Source of the DNA: a virus
DNA: 31,981 nucleotides
IMG/VR virus record: IMGVR_UViG_3300029947_000025
Coordinates: 1 to 31,981 of that record
Strand: one strand, 5' to 3'
Both the position numbers and the translations under genes were made by a program. The notes beneath the pieces were generated by a model. The model did no database searches, was not told the DNA's origin, and saw nothing but the letters and a program-made list of their open reading frames with translations. How positions within the stretch are numbered: the first letter of the stretch is position 1; every line of letters starts with the position of its first letter. Shown one piece after another: positions 1 through 8,809 of this stretch.

Positions 1-99
1 CGGCTGTCTGAGTACGAGCGCGAACGTGCGATGCATGTGCCGACAGTGGAGGTGCGCGTACAAGGACCTGTGAGCCTGATAGTGTTCGAGTGGGCGGAC
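1..99. repeat. Terminal overlap, left copy (identical to 31883..31981)
   Basis: Base-by-base reading: cggctgtctgagtacgagcg...gttcgagtgggcggac occurs at both ends. Confidence 0.95.
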
Positions 100-100
100 A

Positions 101-2479
101 ATGCCGAAAATACCGAGAGCAATGGTTATGAGGGATGATATGGTGGCCATAGCCATCGGCGCAAGCTGTCGGGCGGCCAAATGGGAAAACAAAAACATAT
201 CCTTCGCTGCACTGGCCAAGCGGTGCAGCACACCACTGATAACCAACGAAACCATGGCCGAGTATGCGGAAATGTCCAAGGACGAGCGTCTGAAGGCCAA
301 GGATGTCGGCGGCTTCGTCGGGGGCGTGTTGCTCAACGGAAAGCGCAACAATCGGAGCGTGCTGTCGCGGAGCATCGTGACGCTGGATGCGGACGAGGCC
401 AAGGAAGACGTCTGGGAGCGCTTCTGTCGCGTGTTTGAGGGCGCGGACGCATATTTATACTCCACGCATTCACACACGGCTGAGAGGCCGCGTGTGCGCC
501 TCGTGGTACGTGCCGCGCGACCGATGATGCCGAGCGAATATACCGCCACGGCTAAGCATATCGCAGAGGCTGTAGGTGTCGAAATGTTCGACAGTACGAC
601 CTACGAGCCGGCGCGTATGATGTTCTGGCCGTCCTGCAGCTTCGATGCCGACTTCGTGTATCGCCGTCAGGAGGGCGAAGGCGTGGCGGTGGTCGAGGGT
701 TGCGGCTATAATGAGAGCTATGGGAATAATGGGAGCAATGGGAATAATGTGGTGCAAGAGCCTACCGAAAAGCCCGGAGTGATAGGCGCATTCTGCCGGG
801 CGTATACGATAGACGATGCCATCGGGATGTATCTCGGCGGCGTGTACACACCTTGCGACCATGCCCCCGGGCGATACACCTATGCCGGGGGAACGACTTC
901 CGGCGGGCTGGTGACGTATGATGGCAAGTACGCCTACAGCCATCACCAGAGCGACCCAGCCGGGGGGCGTATCCTCAATGCGTGGGACATCGTGCGCCTG
1001 CACCGCTGCAGCGGCGGAGAGGCAGAGAGCCAAAGGCAGATGGAAGAGTTGGCGCTAAAGGATGGCCGTGTCAAAGACGAGATGCGGCGCACACTGGCCG
1101 CCGACTTCGAGGGCATGGACGCGGACGCTACGGCAGCAGGTGCGGCGGATGAGGAGGCAGCGGACGACTGGCGCGAGCAGTTGGAGTACACCAAGGGTGG
1201 CGGCATCAAGCCGACTCTGAGCAACTGCGTGCTGATAATAGAACACGACGAGGGACTGCGCGGGCGGCTATGGCATGATGATTTCAGCGGCTACAATGTA
1301 GTCGTGGGCGGGCTTCCGTGGCGTGAGGATGCGGTGAGCTGGAAAGACGACGATAGCGCCAACCTGCGCGTATACATAGAGAAGCGTTATGGTGTCGAGG
1401 GCAAGGGTCGCATCGAAGATGCGCTGGTGTCCGTGATGACGACCCACCATCGGCATCCGGTCAAAGCCTATCTCGAAAGTCTGAAATGGGACGGAGAGGA
1501 ACGACTGGATCGTTTGGTAATAGACTACCTCGGGGCTGAAGACAACGCACTGACGAGGGCTATGACTCGCAAGCATTTTACAGCAGCGGTGGCGCGTATC
1601 TACGAGCCGGGTGTGAAGTACGACTACTGCCTGATCTTGGTGGGACCCGAAGGCTGCGGCAAGTCCACTCTGTTCGCAACGATGGGCGGAGAGTGGTACA
1701 ACGACAGCCTGACGACGATGGACGGGAAAGAAGCGATGGAGCAGCTTTCGGGCGGCTGGGTGTTCGAGTTACCCGAAATTACGGCGCTTAAGCGAGCTGA
1801 AGTGGAGAGTATCAAGAGCTTCCTATCGCGACAGTGTGATGCCTACCGACGTGCCTACGGCCAGAGGGTGGTACGCTATCCGCGTCAATGCGTCTTCGGC
1901 GGTACAACCAACGAAGAATATTTCCTCAAGAGTAAGACCGGCGACCGGCGCTTCTGGGTGGTGGCGGTCAATCCCGAATTGCGGACGCATCGATACTTCC
2001 GGCGTGACCTCAAGCGCGACCGCGACCAGATATGGGCCGAGGCCGTATACCGCTATCGTCAGGGCGAAGAACTGATGCTGGATGACGAATTGGCAGCGCA
2101 GGCCAAGACCCGACAGAAGGCGTACAATGACGAGGCTGACGACCCTATCAAAGCATCCTTCATGGAGTGGCTGGACGAGCCTGTACCGCGCACATGGGAG
2201 ACGTGGGGGGCAGAGCAGCGGCGCAGCTGGTACACCGAGGACAGCCCGCTTCGGGCTATCGGGTCGGTGGCGCGTCAGCGTGTGGCACCCAAAGAATTTC
2301 TGTGGGAGAAGTTAGGTATGACGGTAAACGATCCCAACTACAAATGGAGGGCGCGTGATGTCTCGCGGTGGCTCAAAGAGTGCGGATGGGACGGCCCGAC
2401 TATGTCGAAACACTGCGAAATGGCCTACGGAATACAGAAGTCGTACAAGCGTTCGGACGAAAAAACGAGCGAAAAATGA
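101..2479 (+). CDS. Bifunctional DNA primase (AEP/prim-pol-like N-terminus) / VirE-D5-type helicase (P-loop NTPase C-terminus)
   Basis: 792-aa ORF. The N-terminus has AEP-like motifs (VTLDADE acidic motif, YSTHSHT, RVRLVV). The C-terminus has VirE-family signatures (KPTLSNCVLIIEHDE, HPVKAYLESLKWDG) and Walker A LVGPEGCGKST. Confidence 0.85.
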   Translation: MPKIPRAMVMRDDMVAIAIGASCRAAKWENKNISFAALAKRCSTPLITNETMAEYAEMSKDERLKAKDVGGFVGGVLLNGKRNNRSVLSRSIVTLDADEAKEDVWERFCRVFEGADAYLYSTHSHTAERPRVRLVVRAARPMMPSEYTATAKHIAEAVGVEMFDSTTYEPARMMFWPSCSFDADFVYRRQEGEGVAVVEGCGYNESYGNNGSNGNNVVQEPTEKPGVIGAFCRAYTIDDAIGMYLGGVYTPCDHAPGRYTYAGGTTSGGLVTYDGKYAYSHHQSDPAGGRILNAWDIVRLHRCSGGEAESQRQMEELALKDGRVKDEMRRTLAADFEGMDADATAAGAADEEAADDWREQLEYTKGGGIKPTLSNCVLIIEHDEGLRGRLWHDDFSGYNVVVGGLPWREDAVSWKDDDSANLRVYIEKRYGVEGKGRIEDALVSVMTTHHRHPVKAYLESLKWDGEERLDRLVIDYLGAEDNALTRAMTRKHFTAAVARIYEPGVKYDYCLILVGPEGCGKSTLFATMGGEWYNDSLTTMDGKEAMEQLSGGWVFELPEITALKRAEVESIKSFLSRQCDAYRRAYGQRVVRYPRQCVFGGTTNEEYFLKSKTGDRRFWVVAVNPELRTHRYFRRDLKRDRDQIWAEAVYRYRQGEELMLDDELAAQAKTRQKAYNDEADDPIKASFMEWLDEPVPRTWETWGAEQRRSWYTEDSPLRAIGSVARQRVAPKEFLWEKLGMTVNDPNYKWRARDVSRWLKECGWDGPTMSKHCEMAYGIQKSYKRSDEKTSEK

Positions 2480-2496
2480 GCCGCGAGTTCGAAATT

Positions 2497-2706
2497 TGGT
2501 TTACCGTTTACCTTTGGTTTACCTTTTGGTTTACCGCTATAACACTAATTGTCAATGCGTTACCAAAAGGTAAACCAAGTAAACCAAAAAAGTACATAAA
2601 CAAATATATGGTAGTATATATAGCATATAGCGTATATACATATAAAAAACGTAGGCATATATACGCGTACGCGCGCACGCGCGTAGGGTTTACCAAATGG
2701 TTTACC
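2497..2706. promoter_or_regulatory. Candidate origin of replication: iterons, AT-rich tract and an alternating Pu/Py tract
   Basis: TGGTTTACC occurs at 2497-2505, 2515-2523, 2527-2535 and 2698-2706. Partial copies lie at 2506-2512 and 2687-2694. Inverted copies GGTAAACCA / GTAAACCA lie at 2569-2577 and 2579-2586. An AT-rich block spans ~2587-2660. The tract 2661-2685 (atacgcgtacgcgcgcacgcgcgta) alternates purine/pyrimidine perfectly. The region is intergenic, directly after the primase/helicase. Confidence 0.55.
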
Positions 2707-2727
2707 TATTAAGCTAACAGACTGAAT

Positions 2728-3120
2728 ATGAGTAAAGAAGAAATGAACGATACAAAAACCTCGAAAAGTTCGGCGGTTTACAAGGTTGACAAACGAGGCA
2801 TGAGCGCGCTGGTGCATCATGCCGAGATGAGCGAGAAGGCGATAGAGCGGTACCTCGTAGGCGAATGCGAAAAGCGCGGTTGGCTGTGTTTGAAATACGC
2901 CAATATGACCGAGAGCGGCTATCCCGACCGCTTGATAGTGATGGACGGCGGTCTGACGGTATGGTGCGAGCTGAAAAGTGCGGGGCAGGTTATGCGGCCT
3001 CTGCAACAGCGGCGCTATGAGCAGCTGGCTGCGATGGGGCATATCGTGAAAGTGTGCGACAGCCGCGCGAGTGTGGACGAGTATATACTCAGACTTGAGA
3101 GATATGCGGCAGGACTATAA
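2728..3120 (+). CDS. VRR-NUC domain nuclease (PD-(D/E)xK fold)
   Basis: 130 aa. The core reads GYPDRLIV...VWCELKS. It sits immediately upstream of, and overlaps, an SNF2 helicase, which is the usual phage arrangement. Confidence 0.75.
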   Translation: MSKEEMNDTKTSKSSAVYKVDKRGMSALVHHAEMSEKAIERYLVGECEKRGWLCLKYANMTESGYPDRLIVMDGGLTVWCELKSAGQVMRPLQQRRYEQLAAMGHIVKVCDSRASVDEYILRLERYAAGL

Positions 3121-4462
3121 ACCGCACGAGTACCAGAGGCGTGCGATACGGTACGTAGAGGATACGCCGTATTGCGCACTTTTTCTCGACATGGGACTGG
3201 GCAAAAGCGTAATAACGCTGACGGCGATACGGGAGTTGATAGACGCCGCCGAAGTCGAGCGCGTGCTGGTGATTGCGCCGCTGCGCGTGGCGCAAAGTAC
3301 ATGGGCGCAGGAAGCCGCCAAATGGAGGCATCTGACGGGGCTGCGCGTGTCGGTGGTAGTCGGCACCGCCCGACAGCGCGAACGCGCGTTAGAGAGCGCC
3401 GCAGACGTCTATGTGACTTCGCGCGACAACTTCGTGTGGCTGTGTGGATACTACGGCGGGCGGCTGCCTTACGATATGTGCGTAATTGACGAATTAACGA
3501 GCTTCAAAAATGCGCGGAGTGTGCGCTTCAAGGCCTTTCGCAAAGTGCGCGGCTGCTTCGGGCGTATTGTGGGGCTGACGGGGACTCCGGCGCCGAATAC
3601 GTTGGTAGACTTATGGGCACAGATGTACTGCATCGACGGCGGAGATGCACTGGGTAAGAGCCTGACGCGCTACCGCGAGCAGTACTTCGATATAATCCGT
3701 GTCGGGCATATTCCTATCGCAGTGACTGCGAAGCTCGGGGCGGCCGAGGCGATACAGACGGCCATAGCGCCGGAGGTACTGACCATGAGTGCCGCCGACT
3801 ACCTGACACTGCCCGAGATGGTAGAGCACGATGTGGCCGTGACGTTGGACGAGAAGACCTATAAGGCCTACCGTGCTTTTGAGCGCGACCGCGTGGCCGA
3901 GACCATGGCCGGGGAGGTTACGGCGGCGAGCGCTGCCGTGCTGATGGGTAAGCTCGGCCAGTATGCCGCCGGTGCGGTGTATGCCGATGAAGGAGGAGTA
4001 CAGCGGCTTCATACGGCCAAGGTCGATGCGTTAGGCGAGATTGTGGAGGCGGCGCAGTCGCCTGTGCTGGTGTTCTACCGCTACCGCTTCGAGGCCGAGA
4101 TGATAGTAGAAGCGCTGAGCAAGCAGTACCGCGTACGTCGATGCGAGGGCGATGCCGATGTAGTGGCGTGGAACAGCGGCGAAGTAGACGTACTGCTGGC
4201 GCATCCGGCGTCCGTGGCTTATGGGCTGAACATGCAGTCGGGCGGCCATTATATCGTCTGGACATCGCCGGGCTGGGATTTAGAGCAATATCTACAAGCC
4301 AATGCGCGACTGCATCGACAGGGGCAGCGTCAGCCGGTACACGTGTACCGCTTAGTGGCAATCGGGACGGTGGACGAGCGGGCGGTGGCCGCACTGGCGC
4401 GAAAGGATGGAACGCAGCGGGCGATGCTGGATGCGTTGAAGATGATGTCGAATATTGAATAA
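3104..4462 (+). CDS. SNF2/DEAD-like family helicase
   Basis: Motif I LDMGLGKS, motif II VIDELTSF, motif III LTGTP, motif VI-like RLHRQGQRQPVHVYRL. The ATG at 3104 (MRQDYKPHEYQ) is preferred over the GTG at 3071 used in the ORF track. Confidence 0.85.
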   Translation: MRQDYKPHEYQRRAIRYVEDTPYCALFLDMGLGKSVITLTAIRELIDAAEVERVLVIAPLRVAQSTWAQEAAKWRHLTGLRVSVVVGTARQRERALESAADVYVTSRDNFVWLCGYYGGRLPYDMCVIDELTSFKNARSVRFKAFRKVRGCFGRIVGLTGTPAPNTLVDLWAQMYCIDGGDALGKSLTRYREQYFDIIRVGHIPIAVTAKLGAAEAIQTAIAPEVLTMSAADYLTLPEMVEHDVAVTLDEKTYKAYRAFERDRVAETMAGEVTAASAAVLMGKLGQYAAGAVYADEGGVQRLHTAKVDALGEIVEAAQSPVLVFYRYRFEAEMIVEALSKQYRVRRCEGDADVVAWNSGEVDVLLAHPASVAYGLNMQSGGHYIVWTSPGWDLEQYLQANARLHRQGQRQPVHVYRLVAIGTVDERAVAALARKDGTQRAMLDALKMMSNIE

Positions 4463-4494
4463 TTATTATTACCTTTGCATACAGATTGTTAGGA

Positions 4495-4785
4495 ATGCCC
4501 AAGGACCGTAATACCATTAAGATGACCATGCGAGTGGATGCCGAGACGCACGCGCAGATCCGCGCAGCGACAAGGAGAGTAGGTATGCGCAGCGCCAACG
4601 CCTTCACGGCCGCGGCGGTGCGCGCGGTCCTGGGTATGCTTAATAGACCGCGGGCGTTGCCCGGCGATACGATAGAGGCCGAGATAGCGCGGAGCTTCGC
4701 GGCATATGGCGATGCCGAGCCGACGCCGAACAATACATTACCCAACAGACAGAGGAGGAGACGAAAGAATGAGAACGAGGATTGA
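4495..4785 (+). CDS. Small ribbon-helix-helix-like (CopG/Arc-type) protein with a basic C-terminus
   Basis: Strand-helix-helix pattern IKMTMRVD / AETHAQIRAATRRVG / SANAFTAAAVRAVL. ATG at 4495. The ORF overlaps the HNH start by 17 nt. Confidence 0.45.
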   Translation: MPKDRNTIKMTMRVDAETHAQIRAATRRVGMRSANAFTAAAVRAVLGMLNRPRALPGDTIEAEIARSFAAYGDAEPTPNNTLPNRQRRRRKNENED

Positions 4786-5164
4786 GAGTCGAAGCGGAGT
4801 GTACCGCAGAATGATAGTGAGTGCGCGGTGGCGGAGGTTGCGCGCGCAGGTGCTGCAGGCGCATCCGCTATGTCAGGAGTGCGAGCGCGCCGGGCGCGTG
4901 CGTGCGGCAGCCGAGGTGCACCATATAACGCCGGTGGATAGTGTGCCGACTGTGGTAGCCAAGGAGGCGCTGATGTATGCGCCGAGTAACCTCGTGTCGC
5001 TGTGCCATCGGTGCCACATGGCCGCACACCGCGAGTTAGGCAAAAACGACTATAGGCAGCGCAAGGAGCGTGAGCGCGAGCAGTTGGAGGCATTCTATGC
5101 CGAGATGTTCGGGGAAAGTGATGGTACTAAAGGGAGCAATGGTAATAATGAAAACGATGTATAG
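4769..5164 (+). CDS. HNH endonuclease (terminase-associated type)
   Basis: CQECERAG...EVHHITP...SNLVSLCHRCH. It lies directly upstream of TerS/TerL, as in HK97-like cos phages. The ATG at 4769 is preferred. Confidence 0.85.
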   Translation: MRTRIESRSGVYRRMIVSARWRRLRAQVLQAHPLCQECERAGRVRAAAEVHHITPVDSVPTVVAKEALMYAPSNLVSLCHRCHMAAHRELGKNDYRQRKEREREQLEAFYAEMFGESDGTKGSNGNNENDV

Positions 5165-5183
5165 GGGGGCGTGTTTTTTATTT

Positions 5184-5222
5184 GAGGGTGGCCTTGATTA
5201 ACCTCACCCCCCTCTTTTTTTT
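5184..5222 (+). terminator. Rho-independent terminator between HNH and terS
   Basis: Stem GAGGGTGG 5184-5191 pairs with CCCCCCTC 5207-5214 (one mismatch) and is followed by T8 at 5215-5222. The upstream run AGGGGGG 5163-5169 can pair alternatively with 5207-5213. Confidence 0.65.
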
Positions 5223-5270
5223 ATGCGCGAGGTGATTTTGGAAATAGGGGAAATGGATAAATAACAGAAG

Positions 5271-5636
5271 ATGAGAACAACGAAGAATATACAAGATGCG
5301 ATAACGAAGTGTCTGCGGCGAGCCGGGCGCTATGCGCCGGGCATGCAGTACCAAATCGCCGCGTTGGCGTCGGCAATGCACACGCTGACACTGGCCAATG
5401 CCGAGTGCGACCAGTTGGAGGGTGCGACCATCGAAAACGCGACGAAAGAGGGAAAACGCACGGTGATACATCCGGCCATCAAGGCGCGACAGATAGCCGA
5501 GGCGAGTATTACGCAACAGGCGAAAAATCTGGGGCTGACAGTGGACGCGCTGATGAACGAGGTAGATAGCGATCCGCTGATAGATCTGACCCGCGAACTC
5601 AAGGACGAAAGCGGTGCGGTGATACGCCCCGAGTGA
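5271..5636 (+). CDS. terS: Terminase small subunit (P27-family-like)
   Basis: 121 aa, located between HNH and TerL. Helical, with IHPAIKARQIAEASITQQAKNLGLT resembling P27-type small terminases. Its stop abuts the terL start. Confidence 0.65.
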   Translation: MRTTKNIQDAITKCLRRAGRYAPGMQYQIAALASAMHTLTLANAECDQLEGATIENATKEGKRTVIHPAIKARQIAEASITQQAKNLGLTVDALMNEVDSDPLIDLTRELKDESGAVIRPE

Positions 5637-5637
5637 T

Positions 5638-7350
5638 ATGACCGAGAGCGAGCGCGAGCGGATGCGGCAGGCCAAGGCTGCGGCGGTAGAGCGACTGGCG
5701 CGCGAGGACGTCAGTCGCTATCGTCTTGCGGAGGTGGATGAGCGTCTGGAGCGTTATGTGCTGTCGGTTCAGGGCGACCCCGATGGGCATTGCGTATGGG
5801 ATGTGCTGGCGGTGCTGCGCTTCCTCGGGCACTGTCGACGCTACGGCATAGACGTTGGGGCGGTGCGGCGCTTCGCGCGGTTTTATGAGAGCCTATATTT
5901 CCCGGGCAAGGCAGGGCCTACGCGCTATCGACTGACGGCGGTGCAGTACTTTCAGTTTGCGGCGATATACGGCTTCCGCGCGGATGGCCGCAGGGTTACG
6001 CGTGAGGCGTGCCTGTTTGTCCCGCGCAAGTATAGCAAGACCACGAGCACGGCTGCGATAGCCGCCTACGACCTACTGTACGGCGATGCTAATGCCGAGG
6101 CCTACACCGGCGCCAATAGTGCCGACCAAGCAAAGAAATGCTTTGATGTGCTTCGCGGAATAGTGCGATGCTTAGATCCGCACGGCCGCCGATATGTAGT
6201 CAACGAGCAAGCCATCAAGAGCCTGCGGAGAGACCGCACGGCCATAGCGCAGTGCCTGACAGCCAACGCGCGGACAAAGGACGGCCTGAGTGCTTCTACG
6301 GTGATAATGGACGAGTTCAGCCAGGCGCGCGACAATACGCTGCTGTCGGTGCTGACAACGTCCATGGGCATACGGCGTGAGCCGCTGACGGTGATAATAA
6401 CGACCGCATCCGATGTCATAGACGGACCCTTTGCGGCGATGCTTAGAGGCTATAAGGCTATGTTATTAGGGGATGCAGAAGACGATCCCGGAGTATTTGC
6501 GCATCTGTTCGAGCCGGACGCCGATGATGCCGAGGACGATGTGCGCACGTGGCGCAAGGTGCAGCCGCACATGGGCATTACCGTCTCCGAGGACTTCTAT
6601 CGCAACGAGTACACCTCGGCCAAGCGCAACGGAGCCGAGGCGATGCTGGCATTTCGGACAAAGCTACTCAACACCTTCGCCGTCAGCGACAGGCGCGCGT
6701 GGATAGGCGATGAGGCCATAGCCGAGGCGATGCAGCCCATAGACCTGACGCCTCCGACGGGCAAGAAGCTCGATGCGATGGTGGCCATAGACCTAAGCGT
6801 GCGCAACGACTTCAGCGCCGTCACTGCCGGGGTGTACGACCCTACGGCCAAGGGCTACCGCTTCCATACCGCGTATTTCTTTCCCGAGGGCGCTTTGGCG
6901 GGGCATCCAAACGAGCGGCAGTATCGGGCATGGGCCACGCAGGGGTATCTGCGACTGATGCGCGGTCCCGTCATCGACTACCGCGGTATCGTAGACTATA
7001 TCAACTATCTGGCTACGTGTGTGCGTATACGTGCGATAGGTTATGACGCCTACGACAGCCTCGAAGTGGTCAATATGCTCCGCAATAGCGGAGGCGAGGG
7101 GATAGTGCGTCCCGTCAAGCAAAACAATGCCAATTTCACCGCGCCCGTGTCCGCTATGGAGCACGCGGTGTATACCGGGCATGTGGTGGTAGACGACAAC
7201 CCGATAACGCGGTGGTGCTTCGGCAACGCAGTACTGGACACCGATATGATGGGCAATACTAAGCCCGTCAAGCGTAGCGAGTACCAGAAGATAGATGGTG
7301 TCATAACGATGCTGATGTCGCTGCGTCTGTTTTTGGATGCACGCAGGTAA
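5638..7350 (+). CDS. terL: Terminase large subunit (Terminase_1 / HK97 gp2-like)
   Basis: 570 aa. Walker A-like VPRKYSKTT, Walker B VIMDEF, nuclease-domain acidic motif VAIDLSVRNDFSAV. Its position fits. Confidence 0.85.
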   Translation: MTESERERMRQAKAAAVERLAREDVSRYRLAEVDERLERYVLSVQGDPDGHCVWDVLAVLRFLGHCRRYGIDVGAVRRFARFYESLYFPGKAGPTRYRLTAVQYFQFAAIYGFRADGRRVTREACLFVPRKYSKTTSTAAIAAYDLLYGDANAEAYTGANSADQAKKCFDVLRGIVRCLDPHGRRYVVNEQAIKSLRRDRTAIAQCLTANARTKDGLSASTVIMDEFSQARDNTLLSVLTTSMGIRREPLTVIITTASDVIDGPFAAMLRGYKAMLLGDAEDDPGVFAHLFEPDADDAEDDVRTWRKVQPHMGITVSEDFYRNEYTSAKRNGAEAMLAFRTKLLNTFAVSDRRAWIGDEAIAEAMQPIDLTPPTGKKLDAMVAIDLSVRNDFSAVTAGVYDPTAKGYRFHTAYFFPEGALAGHPNERQYRAWATQGYLRLMRGPVIDYRGIVDYINYLATCVRIRAIGYDAYDSLEVVNMLRNSGGEGIVRPVKQNNANFTAPVSAMEHAVYTGHVVVDDNPITRWCFGNAVLDTDMMGNTKPVKRSEYQKIDGVITMLMSLRLFLDARR

Positions 7351-7471
7351 CGAAATTGTAATAGTTAAACTTCGTTAAACTTTTAATAAAAGGGCGAAAA
7401 AGGGCAAAAAGTGCCGTCACTTTTCGCTTTACGGTCGGCTATGTAGAGGGACATATTTGCGTCCCGGATAT

Positions 7472-8809
7472 ATGACCGAAAGAAGCAAGAACATACGAGA
7501 GACGGACGGCGTGTTTGGCGGGCTGCGGCGTGTCGTGGGCAAGTATTTCCAATATGGAAATAGTCGCCGCACACGGAGTATGCGGCGCGAGGTGACGATA
7601 GACCGCAGTCTGCTGATGAGCGAGACTGCGGCGCATGATGTGCCCGTCAACAGCGTTGCGGACGCTATGAGCATTGCGGTAGTCAACCGTTGTGTGCAAC
7701 TGATAAGCGGAGCCGTGTCGGCACTGCCGTTGCGCCTGCTGGCGTGCGGTGCGGACGGGGTATTCGCGCCCGTGCCCGAGGGGGACGGCAACAACCTCCA
7801 GTATCTTTTGGCCGTGCAGCCCAACGACCGCGACAGCGCCGTAGAGTTTTGGACGAAAGCGATACAGCAAATGCTGCTGTTAGGTAATGCCTACATCATA
7901 CCGCGTTACTACGAGAGTGCGCCGTATGCGCTTCGAGAGCTGCGGCTTGTAGGAGCCGATGCCTCGGTGGTGTATGACCGCTTTTCGGAGACGTACACCG
8001 TCACCGACACCGTGCAAGGTCTGTCGGGTAGATATGCCGAGGGTGATATAGTACGTCTGAGTTGCCCGAGCTATGACGGCACGCCTGTAGGTGTGGGGCT
8101 GATAGTGGCCGCCAATACCGCGTTGCGGACAGTGGCCACAGCCGACCGCGAGATGCTGAGGCGTTTCGCCAACGGCTGTATGCCTACCGGATTTATTACC
8201 AACCCCCGCACGGTAGAGGGGTACGGCGAAGTGCAGGACGAGGAACTCGACCGCCTGGCCGGAGCACTACGCTACAGCATGCGGCACGGCGATTATCTGA
8301 ACGTGCTGTACGGCAATGCCGAGTTCCACGGGGTGCAGATGACGGCGCAGGACGCGCAGTTTGTACAAAATCGACAATGGGCGTTGCGCGACATCTGTCG
8401 CTTTTTTGGAGTGCATCCGTCCTACGTGATGGACGAGACTTCGAGCAACTACAAGAGCGCCGAGATGGCCAATGTGGCGTTTCTGAGCAACACTCTGAAT
8501 CCGCTGCTGCGTAAGATAGAAAACGAGTTGCAGCGCAAACTGCTGAGCCGCGGAGAGTGCGCACGGCGTCGTATATCCTTTGACCGGTCACAGCTGTACG
8601 CCTGCGATCTGGACAGCAAGGCGCGATATATGTCCGCGCTTATGGGTGCGGGCGTAGCCACCGTCAACGAACTGCGGCGTGCCGACGGCCGCCACCCCGT
8701 CGAAGGAGGCGATACGCCGCTGGTAAGTGCCAACCTGCGGCCTGTCGGTGAAAACACCGGGAACAATGATAACAATGATAACAATAAGAACAATGGGAAC
8801 AAAGAATAA
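7472..8809 (+). CDS. Portal protein (HK97 family)
   Basis: ~445 aa after TerL. Portal-like core (FWTKAIQQMLLLGNAYI, NPRTVEGYGEV...). Asn-rich acidic C-terminal tail. ATG at 7472 (the ORF track starts at the TTG at 7457). Confidence 0.8.
   Translation: MTERSKNIRETDGVFGGLRRVVGKYFQYGNSRRTRSMRREVTIDRSLLMSETAAHDVPVNSVADAMSIAVVNRCVQLISGAVSALPLRLLACGADGVFAPVPEGDGNNLQYLLAVQPNDRDSAVEFWTKAIQQMLLLGNAYIIPRYYESAPYALRELRLVGADASVVYDRFSETYTVTDTVQGLSGRYAEGDIVRLSCPSYDGTPVGVGLIVAANTALRTVATADREMLRRFANGCMPTGFITNPRTVEGYGEVQDEELDRLAGALRYSMRHGDYLNVLYGNAEFHGVQMTAQDAQFVQNRQWALRDICRFFGVHPSYVMDETSSNYKSAEMANVAFLSNTLNPLLRKIENELQRKLLSRGECARRRISFDRSQLYACDLDSKARYMSALMGAGVATVNELRRADGRHPVEGGDTPLVSANLRPVGENTGNNDNNDNNKNNGNKE

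Noticed and set aside
2368-3042. ORFs 2368..2712 (+), 2508..2696 (-) and 2560..3042 (-) in or around the origin-like region
   Set aside because: Their translations are dominated by iteron and AT-rich repeats (WFT/FWF, YIY runs). The minus ORF is antisense to the VRR-NUC gene.
4470-4477. TACCTTTG -7-like box upstream of the RHH/HNH genes as a late promoter
   Set aside because: No TTTG-like -33 element lies at the expected 19-21-nt spacing; the nearest ATTG is only 12 nt upstream. A single 8-mer match is weak evidence.
3918-5093. 391-aa minus-strand ORF spanning the SNF2, RHH and HNH genes
   Set aside because: It is antisense to three recognisable + strand genes. Its Arg/Ala/Pro/Ser-rich composition is typical of spurious ORFs in GC-rich DNA, and no motif is present.
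7351-7471. Imperfect hairpin GCGAAAAAG...CTTTTCGC (about 7393-7428) between terL and the portal gene, as a terminator
   Set aside because: The stem is bulged, only three Ts follow it, and terL-to-portal operons are normally co-transcribed. The evidence is insufficient.
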